From Candidatus Poribacteria bacterium (GTDB lineage Bacteria; Poribacteria; WGA-4E; WGA-3G): DNA of 64,000 bases. Position 1 is the first letter of the stretch. Each line of letters starts with the position of its first letter. Location of the stretch: assembly GCA_022821495.1 (NCBI GenBank), contig JAJEDN010000130.1:14924-78923 (forward strand), in the 5' to 3' direction. This document shows, one piece after another, positions 48,075-56,780 of this stretch. The position numbers and the translations under genes were made by a program. The notes under the pieces are model-generated. The model was not told the origin of the DNA. It searched no databases and saw only the letters and a program-made list of their open reading frames with translations.

Positions 48075-48863
48075 GTGATGACACCTGAAGTGGCGTTAGA
48101 GAAGCGGGAACAAATGATTGAAGAAGGTTTCTGCGTTGTTGACGATGTGCTAACCGAAGAATTCTTACAAGAACTCCACGACGAATCCGAACGGCTTATC
48201 GCTGGACATGTAGAACCCGACGATGTTGTCTACCAAGGTCAGCATGTTAATGTCCGCGGTGACGATAACCCGCACATCCAAAAATTGTTGGAATGGCAAC
48301 CCGCACGTGAGGCATTAGAACAGATCGGATTCGGAGATTTTGTGTCATCCGGTGGGATTATTATCCTGACAAAGGAATCCGGGGGACCCCCACTCTATTG
48401 GCATCAAGATTGGATGCGCTGGAACGATCCGCTCAGCTGCGCACCGTGGCCACAAACGATTTTCCTTAATTATTATCTCACCGATACAAATCGGGAAAAT
48501 GGCTGTTTAAAGGTTATCCCTGGCACCCATCGCAAGCGAATCGATTTACACGACATATTGGTGCCAGCACATGAACAAGGCGCGCGGTTCATTGATGAGG
48601 ACCATCCGGTCATGTTCAGCGATCATCCCGATCAGGTGGATGTCTGCGCAAAAGCGGGGTCATTGGTAATGGCGGATGCCCGGATCTTACACTCCGCCCA
48701 CAAAAACCTTACCGGTGTTCGACGCACCCTAATTCTCGCATGGCACAGCCGTCCGAATACGGTACCCCACTATTGGGATCGCGAAATTCCTGAGATTATT
48801 GCCAATCGCGACGCGGACGCGAACTATCCGATGTCTCGTATTCCTACGCATCTTTTACAGTGA
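48075..48863 (+). CDS. PhyH family Fe(II)/2-oxoglutarate oxygenase
   Basis: 262 aa. HxD motif (WHQDW) and LKVIPGTH. Confidence 0.75.
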   Translation: MMTPEVALEKREQMIEEGFCVVDDVLTEEFLQELHDESERLIAGHVEPDDVVYQGQHVNVRGDDNPHIQKLLEWQPAREALEQIGFGDFVSSGGIIILTKESGGPPLYWHQDWMRWNDPLSCAPWPQTIFLNYYLTDTNRENGCLKVIPGTHRKRIDLHDILVPAHEQGARFIDEDHPVMFSDHPDQVDVCAKAGSLVMADARILHSAHKNLTGVRRTLILAWHSRPNTVPHYWDREIPEIIANRDADANYPMSRIPTHLLQ

Positions 48864-48884
48864 TAGCGCATACAAGAGGAAAAT

Positions 48885-49643
48885 ATGATTCCAATTGAGC
48901 TCAGCAATAAAGTGGCGGTAATTACCGGTGGTTCAGGCGCGTTAGGTCGTGTTATGGTCAGGACGCTGGCAGAAGCAGGCGCGGATATCGCCATCTGCTA
49001 CTACCGAGACGAAGAAAGTGCACACGGTCTGCAAACTGAAATCACCGCCAAAGGTGTCCGAGCAACCGTTGTGCAGGCAGATGTCACCGATCAAGATTCA
49101 ATCAACGCGATGCGGGATACCGTCGTAAACACACTCGGCGCAGCTGACATCATCGTTAACAACGCTGTCATTCAGTATAGTTGGACCTCCGTTTTAGAAC
49201 AGCCTCCCGAAGACTACGAGAGTCAGTTCCAATCTTGCGTCTTGCACAACGTGTATATGGCGCAAGCCTTTGTTCCCGCAATGATTGAAGCCGAATGGGG
49301 ACGCGTCATCAGCATCAATACGGAATGCTCTATGCAAAACTTCGCGGGACAGAGTGCCTACACATCTGGGAAACGGGGAATGGACGGCGTGCTACGGGTA
49401 CTTGCTAAAGAGGTAGGCGCGCACGGTATTACTGTCAACCAAGTCGCACCCGGGTGGACGGTCAGCGAAAAAAGCGTCGCCAGTGGATCGGACGAACACT
49501 ATTGGAGCAAAGTGCCGATGCAACGTCGCGGAACTGCTCAAGAAATCGCTAACGCAGTCCTTTTTCTCGCTTCGGATTTAGCGAGTTATATCACCGGTGC
49601 TTATATTCCAGTATGCGGCGGGAATGTAATGCCGACTATTTAA
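48885..49643 (+). CDS. Short-chain dehydrogenase/reductase (FabG-like)
   Basis: 252 aa. TGGSGALG cofactor motif. NNAV motif. YxxxK (YTSGK). Confidence 0.88.
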   Translation: MIPIELSNKVAVITGGSGALGRVMVRTLAEAGADIAICYYRDEESAHGLQTEITAKGVRATVVQADVTDQDSINAMRDTVVNTLGAADIIVNNAVIQYSWTSVLEQPPEDYESQFQSCVLHNVYMAQAFVPAMIEAEWGRVISINTECSMQNFAGQSAYTSGKRGMDGVLRVLAKEVGAHGITVNQVAPGWTVSEKSVASGSDEHYWSKVPMQRRGTAQEIANAVLFLASDLASYITGAYIPVCGGNVMPTI

Positions 49644-49656
49644 AACCGAGGGAACT

Positions 49657-50493
49657 ATGGAACGACATAAACTTCATTATCAGATGATGAACCGGTTCGA
49701 TCCGTCCGGAGAGACAGGGGAACACTGGGATGTAGAGGTGCACGCTACACCTGAAGAGTTGCAAACGTTTGCCGAGACCGGTTATCTCGTTCGGGAAAGG
49801 CTCTTTCAAGGTGAAGCACTCCAAAAACTAAGAGATGCGTTGGATCGTTTAGAAGAACGGGAATCGGAAAAACGCGACAGTGCCATTGCTGGCAAAAAAG
49901 GTTGGGGTTTTATTCCGCGGCACCTGATGGACAAAGATGAAGTATTCTTAGGCCTCTTGAAGTTCCAACCGACCCTATCAATTGCCCGAGCAATGATGGG
50001 ACCATTGGTACGTCTACGGGGTTTGAGTGCACGCATCACTTATCCCGGTGATGGGCGCGAACATCAGACACCGTGGCACCAACACATGCGCGTGATTCCA
50101 AACCCAATACCCCCGTGGTTCTCACGTCCACACTGCATGGATTGTCTCATCTACCTTGATGACTTGAACGAAGACACAGGAGCCGTCGCCATTGTCCCGG
50201 GTTCTCACGATTGGTTAGACAAAGCATCTCCGACGATACACGAATCTGTAGAGGGTGAAGTCCATCTACACGTGAAAGCCGGTGGCGGTGTACTCATCCA
50301 CGGCAATCTCTGGCATCGCGGCTTACCGACACTAAACGCCAAACGAAGAATGTTAATTTTAAGTTATACACCCACATGGTTACGAAAATCGCCACACGGC
50401 GGCGCACAACCCGAAGACGGGTTAACCCACGCATTTCTTGAAGAAGCAGACATGGAAGAACGCATGCTACTCGGTGTCGGTGGTTATTCCTAA
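49657..50493 (+). CDS. PhyH family Fe(II)/2-oxoglutarate oxygenase
   Basis: 278 aa. VAIVPGSH and a distal His (LWHRG). The proximal site is WHQHM. Confidence 0.7.
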   Translation: MERHKLHYQMMNRFDPSGETGEHWDVEVHATPEELQTFAETGYLVRERLFQGEALQKLRDALDRLEERESEKRDSAIAGKKGWGFIPRHLMDKDEVFLGLLKFQPTLSIARAMMGPLVRLRGLSARITYPGDGREHQTPWHQHMRVIPNPIPPWFSRPHCMDCLIYLDDLNEDTGAVAIVPGSHDWLDKASPTIHESVEGEVHLHVKAGGGVLIHGNLWHRGLPTLNAKRRMLILSYTPTWLRKSPHGGAQPEDGLTHAFLEEADMEERMLLGVGGYS

Positions 50494-50508
50494 ACCCTTG
50501 TAGAAATC

Positions 50509-51021
50509 ATGGAACCTATTATTAGAAAAGCAATACCAGATGATGCGAAAGCCGTTGCGTCAGTGATTAACTCGGTTATTTTGGAAGGGAAATACACCGC
50601 ATTAACCAACCCATTCACAGAAGAAGAGGAACGCGCCTTCATTGCCGGACTCGGCGATCGGAGTGCCTTGTTCGTCGCTGAAGTCGAGGGTGAGATTGTC
50701 GGTATCCAAGTCATTGAACCCGATGGCTTAGCACAATACACAGATGCGATGCAACATGTAGCAACAATCGGGACCTGGATACACGCAAACTTTCGCGGAC
50801 GGAAGGTTGGACGGTTGCTTGCAGAGACATCTTTCAGGTTTGCCCACGCGAAAGACTTCAAAAAGATTGCTATTCAAGTGATCGCAGATAACACCCGTGC
50901 CCTCCGGTTTTATGGCAATCTCGGTTTTGAAAAAATCGGCACAGCCAAAAAACATGTAAAACTTGAAGGCAGATTCTGTGATGTGTTCTATCTGGAAAAA
51001 TTCCTCACAGATGATGTCTAA
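50509..51021 (+). CDS. GNAT family N-acetyltransferase
   Basis: 170 aa. The acetyl-CoA binding motif is RGRKVGRLL, followed by ALRFYGNLGF. Confidence 0.8.
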   Translation: MEPIIRKAIPDDAKAVASVINSVILEGKYTALTNPFTEEEERAFIAGLGDRSALFVAEVEGEIVGIQVIEPDGLAQYTDAMQHVATIGTWIHANFRGRKVGRLLAETSFRFAHAKDFKKIAIQVIADNTRALRFYGNLGFEKIGTAKKHVKLEGRFCDVFYLEKFLTDDV

Positions 51022-51109
51022 ACCCAGAAATCTTTTTGCTGTTGAACCCGCTGATAAACTCACTACGACGTGGGGCGAGATTAAAAACAGCCCGTAACAC
51101 AAGATAGAC

Positions 51110-51131
51110 GGGTGGTGCCAGTGTACCACCC
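51110..51131. terminator. Hairpin between convergent GNAT and PhyH genes
   Basis: gggtggt-gccagtgt-accaccc is followed by ctcccttttcc. Confidence 0.45.
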
Positions 51132-51152
51132 GCTCCCTTTTCCTCGAAAATT

Positions 51153-51926
51153 TTAAGATTCCGTTGGTGTAACCGCCTCCTGAATGCCGGGCCACTCTTT
51201 CCAGATGTCGGTATAACCGTCATAGCCATTTTCTTCACAATCGACATGTCGCAGCCGGAAAATCGCAGCGTAACGAATATCAGAAGCAGCGTTCGGTGCT
51301 GCGGTGTGAACGATCTGATGGTGTGTCAGGACCACATCCCCCGCTTTACCGACGATCTGCTTCGGTCCCTCAGGTAACTCAGGGCGCGGCATCCCGTTTG
51401 CCAATATTTCGTGTCCTTCCTTTTCAAAATAATCCGCGAAGAACGTATGTGATCTGGGCCATACAGTGAAGTTTCCGCTGTAGGGTTCAAGAACATCCGC
51501 GAGATACACAACAGCGAGTGCAGTAAATCCGCGCCGATACACACCTTTCTCCATACCATTGGTCCCACTGCCTAACCCGTCAAGATGCCCGCGCGGTTCG
51601 TTCGGATCCGTCCCTAACGGACCCGGAAACCGCAATGCTATCTGGGCAGATCCAGGAATCTGGACGTTTCCCTCGCCCATCAACGACTCAGCAATTTGCT
51701 GGACAGGTGTTTTGCCGAAGAGATCCACGAGCTCGGGCGCATTGCGAATCTCGTTGCAATACGATTGTGCCCGAAACTTTTCTAAGTCCCCCTCGTGCAT
51801 GCCGACTGAGCCGATGGAGTGATTAATCGCCTTGCGTGCAGCATCTACCATCAGTCTCGGCACAACACCCGGCACCACGATATAGCCGTTTTCATGAAAA
51901 TCTAACTTCTGTTTACGTGTGAGCAT
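51153..51926 (-). CDS. PhyH family Fe(II)/2-oxoglutarate oxygenase
   Basis: 257 aa. HxD motif (GHLDG) and FTVWPRSH. Confidence 0.75.
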   Translation of the reverse strand: MLTRKQKLDFHENGYIVVPGVVPRLMVDAARKAINHSIGSVGMHEGDLEKFRAQSYCNEIRNAPELVDLFGKTPVQQIAESLMGEGNVQIPGSAQIALRFPGPLGTDPNEPRGHLDGLGSGTNGMEKGVYRRGFTALAVVYLADVLEPYSGNFTVWPRSHTFFADYFEKEGHEILANGMPRPELPEGPKQIVGKAGDVVLTHHQIVHTAAPNAASDIRYAAIFRLRHVDCEENGYDGYTDIWKEWPGIQEAVTPTES

Positions 51927-52183
51927 TCTTTTTTATTACCCCCTATATTTTTCAGTGAAGTCCGCATTCTCTAAACATTCCATCAGGTATGGAACGGGTG
52001 TGATAACCCATCTTAAAAAATTTTTAGATTTAGACTATAATTGGGTGTGAAAAGTTTAACGGAATCCCGACCTGCCAATAAATCGGAAAGTTTTAAAGTC
52101 CATAAAGTGTGCTAAAGTCCGTAAAGGGCAGCAACTTGAGTACATTTCGCAACTTTAGATACACTTGCAAACTTCCTGACGGC

Positions 52184-52912
52184 TTAATGCGTAAGCGTAT
52201 ACACAACCGCATTGATCCCCATTTTCAACGCCATATTGGAATACTTACGCGGGTAAAAACTCTCAGCAGCATGTTCCCAGGCATCTCCAAGGTCCGTATT
52301 GAAATTAATCATCATCATGAGCCGTCCATAGTCATCATAGACACCCCGGCAATACGCTGGATAGCCGTCAAATCGCTCGTAGGTTCGACCATTAAAAAAC
52401 GAACGGAGTCCCGGAATCTGGATCAGTTCGTCGATCTCAAAGAAACTGTGGAAAATGGGATGTGAAATCGGAATATCTTCCGGTTCTCGATCCGGGAAAA
52501 TCTTCTTGAATTCGTTATAAAACCGTTTCCATTCACGTTCTCCGTGAAAATCGTCGATGAAGATAAATCCGCCCCGTAAGAGATATTCCCGCAGATTTTC
52601 TGCCTCACGTGTACTTAACCTCAGGCTACCGACCTCTAACATATAAGCAAAAGGATACTCGAATAACTCCGAGGCACCTACCTCAATAATCTTTTCACGA
52701 GGCGCGACCGAAATATTCGTCTGTTTACTGAGTTGGAAGATAAAGTTTCGATCAGACGCTGGCCAATCTACACGCCAACTACTGAGTCGTGTGAATTGAC
52801 CGCCATATTTTAAACGGACAAAGGTGAACAGATCGCTATCTACCTCTCCATCCAGAGGGACACTCGGAACTGACACTATAACATAGATGACTAATATCGG
52901 GAGAATTCGCAT
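52184..52912 (-). CDS. DUF4159 domain protein
   Basis: 242 aa. Signal peptide or anchor. FVRLKYGG...W..DWPASDRN...YPFAYM...LREYLLRGGFIFIDDF matches my memory of the DUF4159 pattern. Confidence 0.65.
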   Translation of the reverse strand: MRILPILVIYVIVSVPSVPLDGEVDSDLFTFVRLKYGGQFTRLSSWRVDWPASDRNFIFQLSKQTNISVAPREKIIEVGASELFEYPFAYMLEVGSLRLSTREAENLREYLLRGGFIFIDDFHGEREWKRFYNEFKKIFPDREPEDIPISHPIFHSFFEIDELIQIPGLRSFFNGRTYERFDGYPAYCRGVYDDYGRLMMMINFNTDLGDAWEHAAESFYPRKYSNMALKMGINAVVYTLTH

Positions 52913-52972
52913 GTTTTATTTTCAAGAATTTTGGAATCTCGGAATATGCACAAATGAGCGAGTTCACTGGGA

Positions 52973-55471
52973 TTAAAAACTTTGATACCAAGCAATCGTC
53001 ATTTGAGCACCGAGACCAGATTCAAGGGCTTTAGCAATGTTAACCCTAAAAAAAGTATCGTTGCGCTCAGAATGTAAACCCGGAACATTAACGGTGACAG
53101 CAGAATCGTCTTCACCAAACTGCAAGCCAATACCTACACTTGCCTTCGGAGCAAAAGTATATGCACTGTCGGATACATTCCAGACTTGACCCTCATCGAG
53201 GAAAGCGATAAGAAATACTTTTTTGAAACTATTCCAACGCAATAGATTCGACAAACGGTAATGATATTCGATATTGAGTAAGAACCCTCTGTCCCCTGTG
53301 AACGCATAAGGAGAAGATGTATATCCATTTTCATAAGTTATTATATCATCAGATCCATTTTCCTGTCTATACCAAGGATACCCTCTAAGTCCCTCCATTC
53401 CACCAACCACGAATTGGCGTTGAATCGGCAATCCCGAGTTGGAATAACCAAGCAACACACGGGTCCGAATTGCGTTATTCCCAAGAGGGAAGGCATATCG
53501 AAGGTGTAATCGGAATCGCGTGAAATCAAAATCGGATCCAACAGCCGTACTACTATGTTCAGCGAGAAAAGTATTATACCAACCGAGAGATTTTATTCTA
53601 TTAGAAAAATCATATTGGAAGATAAGACCCCGCATCTGACCAGCAGTTATAGACGGGTTTTCTCTAATCTTGTGTTTCGACCGCCAATTGATAATAAACC
53701 AATCGGTACTTTTCTGAAGACTTGAATGGGACTCGGCAACCGCTGCCAATTTGAACGTATGCGTCAGCATGACGGGTGTCCATCGCAACCCCACTTCAGC
53801 ACCTTGTCGCAAATAGTAATTCTGAAGGTCTGGCATCCCCATAATCCGTTCAAAAATTCCTATGCCGCTGTTGTAGCCCGGAAAAAGTTCAGGGGCAACT
53901 ATATCTGTCAAGCGATGGAGTTGACCGGTGAGTTGCAAGTTCCAAGTGTACGGTTTGCCCCAATTCGCTACCCCACCCAGACGGTAATGGATATGTGGAT
54001 TGCCAAAGGTATAACTGACCCTCCCAAATAATCTTGTGAGTTGGTCGCGTTGTGAATTCCTGACACTCCACATCCAGAGCGGTCCCACCTCTTTTCGCTT
54101 CCCGACTTCAAAGCCTGTGCCAATCTCCCACCCGGTCACACGGTTAAAACCGAGATGTAGCGGCGGGCTGAGACCGAGATAGGCATCCGTAGAAAGCTGT
54201 TTTTCATCCACAGAGATCGTGGCGATGTACTTTGCATCCGCCTCATCAATTTTTAAGTGAACTTCTTCAAAATAGGGCATTGCTCTAAATAGCGTCTTGA
54301 GTGCCTTATCAATGTCGGGGGACGCGTTATCAAGCGTCTGCCGAATCCGTGCCTCTGAGACTTTCTGATTACCTCGGATATGGATCTCGTGAATGGGGAC
54401 ATCCTTTGCCCAAAATCGTGTCGCCTCAGGCGGTATCTGAACATCAGAGCTTTGTGGAGAAAAATTGTCGTGTACGGTTATATCTATCTGATTTCCATTA
54501 GGCCCCGAAATCTTCATAGATTTCAGAATTGATATTTTTTGCGTAGGTACTACCTTAATGATTGCAACACGCTTTTCGCCTTCTTCTACAACACGCAGCG
54601 TCAGCGTTCTCGAAGTACTGCGGAGCACACTTCCCAAAGTAGGCATAACCGATATAATGTCACCAGAGCCATTTTCAAGCACCTTCCGGATATTGGCTTT
54701 TTCCGCTGCCAGTGCCGCTTCAATCCTTTCAGCGTCGCTCCCTTTAGGTGTTGTCGGGGGCACCTGAATCCGAAACTCATGGATCGGCTTGCCATCGGAG
54801 CTCCAATTCCAGTGTTTTGTGGGGTCAGATGGCTCTCGAACGGGCGGTTCTATGTCTTCCGATCGCGCTGTAATAGACGGATTAGCATCTGGTTCGGCGG
54901 GTTCCGGTGTGGGCGGGACACGCGGCGGCGTAGGTTCTAAATCACGAGGTTTTAGCGACATCAATTCGGGTATCTCGATACCGAGTTGATTCAGGTTCAT
55001 CAACAATTCACCGAGCTGCTTTCGCAGGATCACACCGACGATATTTATCACGTAAATCTTGCCTTTGCTTTTCACAATAACGAAAACGCCTTTAACGATT
55101 CCATTCTGTTGGAGAATATAGAGATGTCGTCTATTTTTTTCAGGACTTGTTTGGGAGATCCGTCCTAATGCCTGCCAACCCCGTTCTTTGAGTGTCTCGC
55201 TGTAATATTGAATCATTTTCTTAAAATTGCCAGACCGATTTCGATAGTTCTTGAGATAGAGGTTGTCCACACTTTTAAACAGTGAAACAATATCTGAGGT
55301 CGGATCTTCCATAACAAGTGCGATGACATCGCTGTTCAAATCAAATTGAAATTGTGGTGACGATACATCCGGACAATCAAAAGCGACAGTACCATCATCC
55401 GATTGCGAATTGACTGCATAGCATACTAAAAATAGAAAGAGCATTAAGCCATTCGCAGTGATATATCTCAT
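52973..55471 (-). CDS. Omp85/BamA-superfamily outer-membrane protein with novel N-terminal domain and POTRA-like repeats (paralog 1)
   Basis: 832 aa. Signal peptide. The N-terminal ~170-aa domain is possibly DUF4252-like. POTRA-like segments are present (PIHEIHIRGNQKVSEARIRQTL). The C-terminal surface-antigen barrel (QRQFVVGG...GDRGFLLNIEY) ends in ..WYQSF. Confidence 0.7.
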   Translation of the reverse strand: MRYITANGLMLFLFLVCYAVNSQSDDGTVAFDCPDVSSPQFQFDLNSDVIALVMEDPTSDIVSLFKSVDNLYLKNYRNRSGNFKKMIQYYSETLKERGWQALGRISQTSPEKNRRHLYILQQNGIVKGVFVIVKSKGKIYVINIVGVILRKQLGELLMNLNQLGIEIPELMSLKPRDLEPTPPRVPPTPEPAEPDANPSITARSEDIEPPVREPSDPTKHWNWSSDGKPIHEFRIQVPPTTPKGSDAERIEAALAAEKANIRKVLENGSGDIISVMPTLGSVLRSTSRTLTLRVVEEGEKRVAIIKVVPTQKISILKSMKISGPNGNQIDITVHDNFSPQSSDVQIPPEATRFWAKDVPIHEIHIRGNQKVSEARIRQTLDNASPDIDKALKTLFRAMPYFEEVHLKIDEADAKYIATISVDEKQLSTDAYLGLSPPLHLGFNRVTGWEIGTGFEVGKRKEVGPLWMWSVRNSQRDQLTRLFGRVSYTFGNPHIHYRLGGVANWGKPYTWNLQLTGQLHRLTDIVAPELFPGYNSGIGIFERIMGMPDLQNYYLRQGAEVGLRWTPVMLTHTFKLAAVAESHSSLQKSTDWFIINWRSKHKIRENPSITAGQMRGLIFQYDFSNRIKSLGWYNTFLAEHSSTAVGSDFDFTRFRLHLRYAFPLGNNAIRTRVLLGYSNSGLPIQRQFVVGGMEGLRGYPWYRQENGSDDIITYENGYTSSPYAFTGDRGFLLNIEYHYRLSNLLRWNSFKKVFLIAFLDEGQVWNVSDSAYTFAPKASVGIGLQFGEDDSAVTVNVPGLHSERNDTFFRVNIAKALESGLGAQMTIAWYQSF

Positions 55472-55489
55472 GCAAAGTCTCCAAGATTC

Positions 55490-56632
55490 TTAATCTTCTT
55501 TTTTCCCAATGTTTCGCAGCCGTTGCTGTAGTTTTTTTAATGCCTCTGGAACCCGTGGTTTGCCGGGACGATGGATAACAGCAGGCGGTACAATTTGTCG
55601 CTGGCTATTTGGGGGTTGATAAAACCACTGCAGCGCAATAGCGTATCGAGGGCCTTGAAAATAACGGATCTCCACAGGATGCATCCCCGTTGTGAGCAGC
55701 AGGCGTCCGCGTCTACCGATTGTTGGATGAACGCCGTCATTATCCACAACAAGCACGTCATCAATATAGAGTTGTGAGCCATCATCTGAGTGAAGCTCAA
55801 AGGTATATATACCCGGTGTCACTATCTCTAATTCCGCACGGAAGCGGATCGCAAAATTCTCAACAACAGACTGCTTTTGCGGGGCAGGGAAACCTTGCGT
55901 ATAGTTCCGCGTCGGGACATTTAGGTTCGCTGTAACGAAGGTATAGGTAGATACCAAATGATTAAAATTGGGCATCTTGGTGATAGGACTTCTTGGAATG
56001 TAGACCTGTCCGACGAGTCCGTGTCCGGGCAATACCTCTGTCGAAAAGATACCGAGTCCGGGCAACGCCTTTGTCGTAAAGGTGCCTAATCCAGTATCTA
56101 TATGATTCGGCACTTCAAGTCCGGCTTCTGATGCTCCTGTCCCTTGAGCAAATTGGGTGCCAATGCCGCTACCCTGTCGTTCAGGTCCGTTGAACCCAAC
56201 ATCAGCACCGCCGCTCCCTCGACCCGATTGCTCTTTAATAACTACCGGACCCCCGACAACCTTATCCTCACCAAAACTACTATTGGATACTGGACTCAGT
56301 TCATCTGCTTGCGATATATCAGTGTGCGTGACGACATCAGGCACAGCATCATCATGAACAGGTGCTTTAGGGACACTTACACGCGGCGTATATGTCCGTG
56401 AAGCAGGCGAATCGGCTGATGCCTCCGCATACGCTGCTCTGGATACCAGACGCATACGCGGCGATAAAATCCGCCGTTTCACCCGTTTTTCAGGTGAAAC
56501 TTTTAATATCGTAGCAGATATGGGCGCTTTATCTGCATTGTAGTGATTGATAAACAGTGGGGAAACCACTAACACCAACACAATATGCAGACCGAATGAT
56601 AGTAGCAGGGCATGGTTTGTCCGTCTTTGCAT
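55490..56632 (-). CDS. TonB-like N-terminal membrane anchor + C-terminal PA14 domain protein (paralog 1)
   Basis: 380 aa. The anchor is ALLLSFGLHIVLVLVVSP. PA14-like C-terminus: FAIRFRAELEIVTPGIYTFELHSDDGSQLYIDD...HPVEIRYFQG. It sits 18 nt upstream of the Omp85 gene. Confidence 0.7.
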   Translation of the reverse strand: MQRRTNHALLLSFGLHIVLVLVVSPLFINHYNADKAPISATILKVSPEKRVKRRILSPRMRLVSRAAYAEASADSPASRTYTPRVSVPKAPVHDDAVPDVVTHTDISQADELSPVSNSSFGEDKVVGGPVVIKEQSGRGSGGADVGFNGPERQGSGIGTQFAQGTGASEAGLEVPNHIDTGLGTFTTKALPGLGIFSTEVLPGHGLVGQVYIPRSPITKMPNFNHLVSTYTFVTANLNVPTRNYTQGFPAPQKQSVVENFAIRFRAELEIVTPGIYTFELHSDDGSQLYIDDVLVVDNDGVHPTIGRRGRLLLTTGMHPVEIRYFQGPRYAIALQWFYQPPNSQRQIVPPAVIHRPGKPRVPEALKKLQQRLRNIGKKED

Positions 56633-56689
56633 CGCATTATATCCCGTATATTTGAAACACTGCTCTTAGAAGTACCCTTAAACACGATA

Positions 56690-56742
56690 GGGCTTACACA
56701 TTTGCTCTTAAAGTCCCCCTGATAAGGGGGATTTAGGGGGTT
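56690..56742. repeat. Family-1 dispersed palindromic repeat
   Basis: gggcttacacatttgctcttaaagtccccctgataagggggatttagggggtt. It lies between the two PA14/Omp85 modules. Confidence 0.85.
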
Positions 56743-56780
56743 GACCGGAATTACTGCTTTTTACGTAAGTATTATTTTCC

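Noticed and set aside
18184-56742. I considered whether the family-1 repeats could be a CRISPR array.
   Set aside because: The copies are separated by 10-20 kb, are single, and are not interleaved with short spacers. No cas genes are in the window. They are dispersed REP/MITE-like repeats rather than CRISPR.
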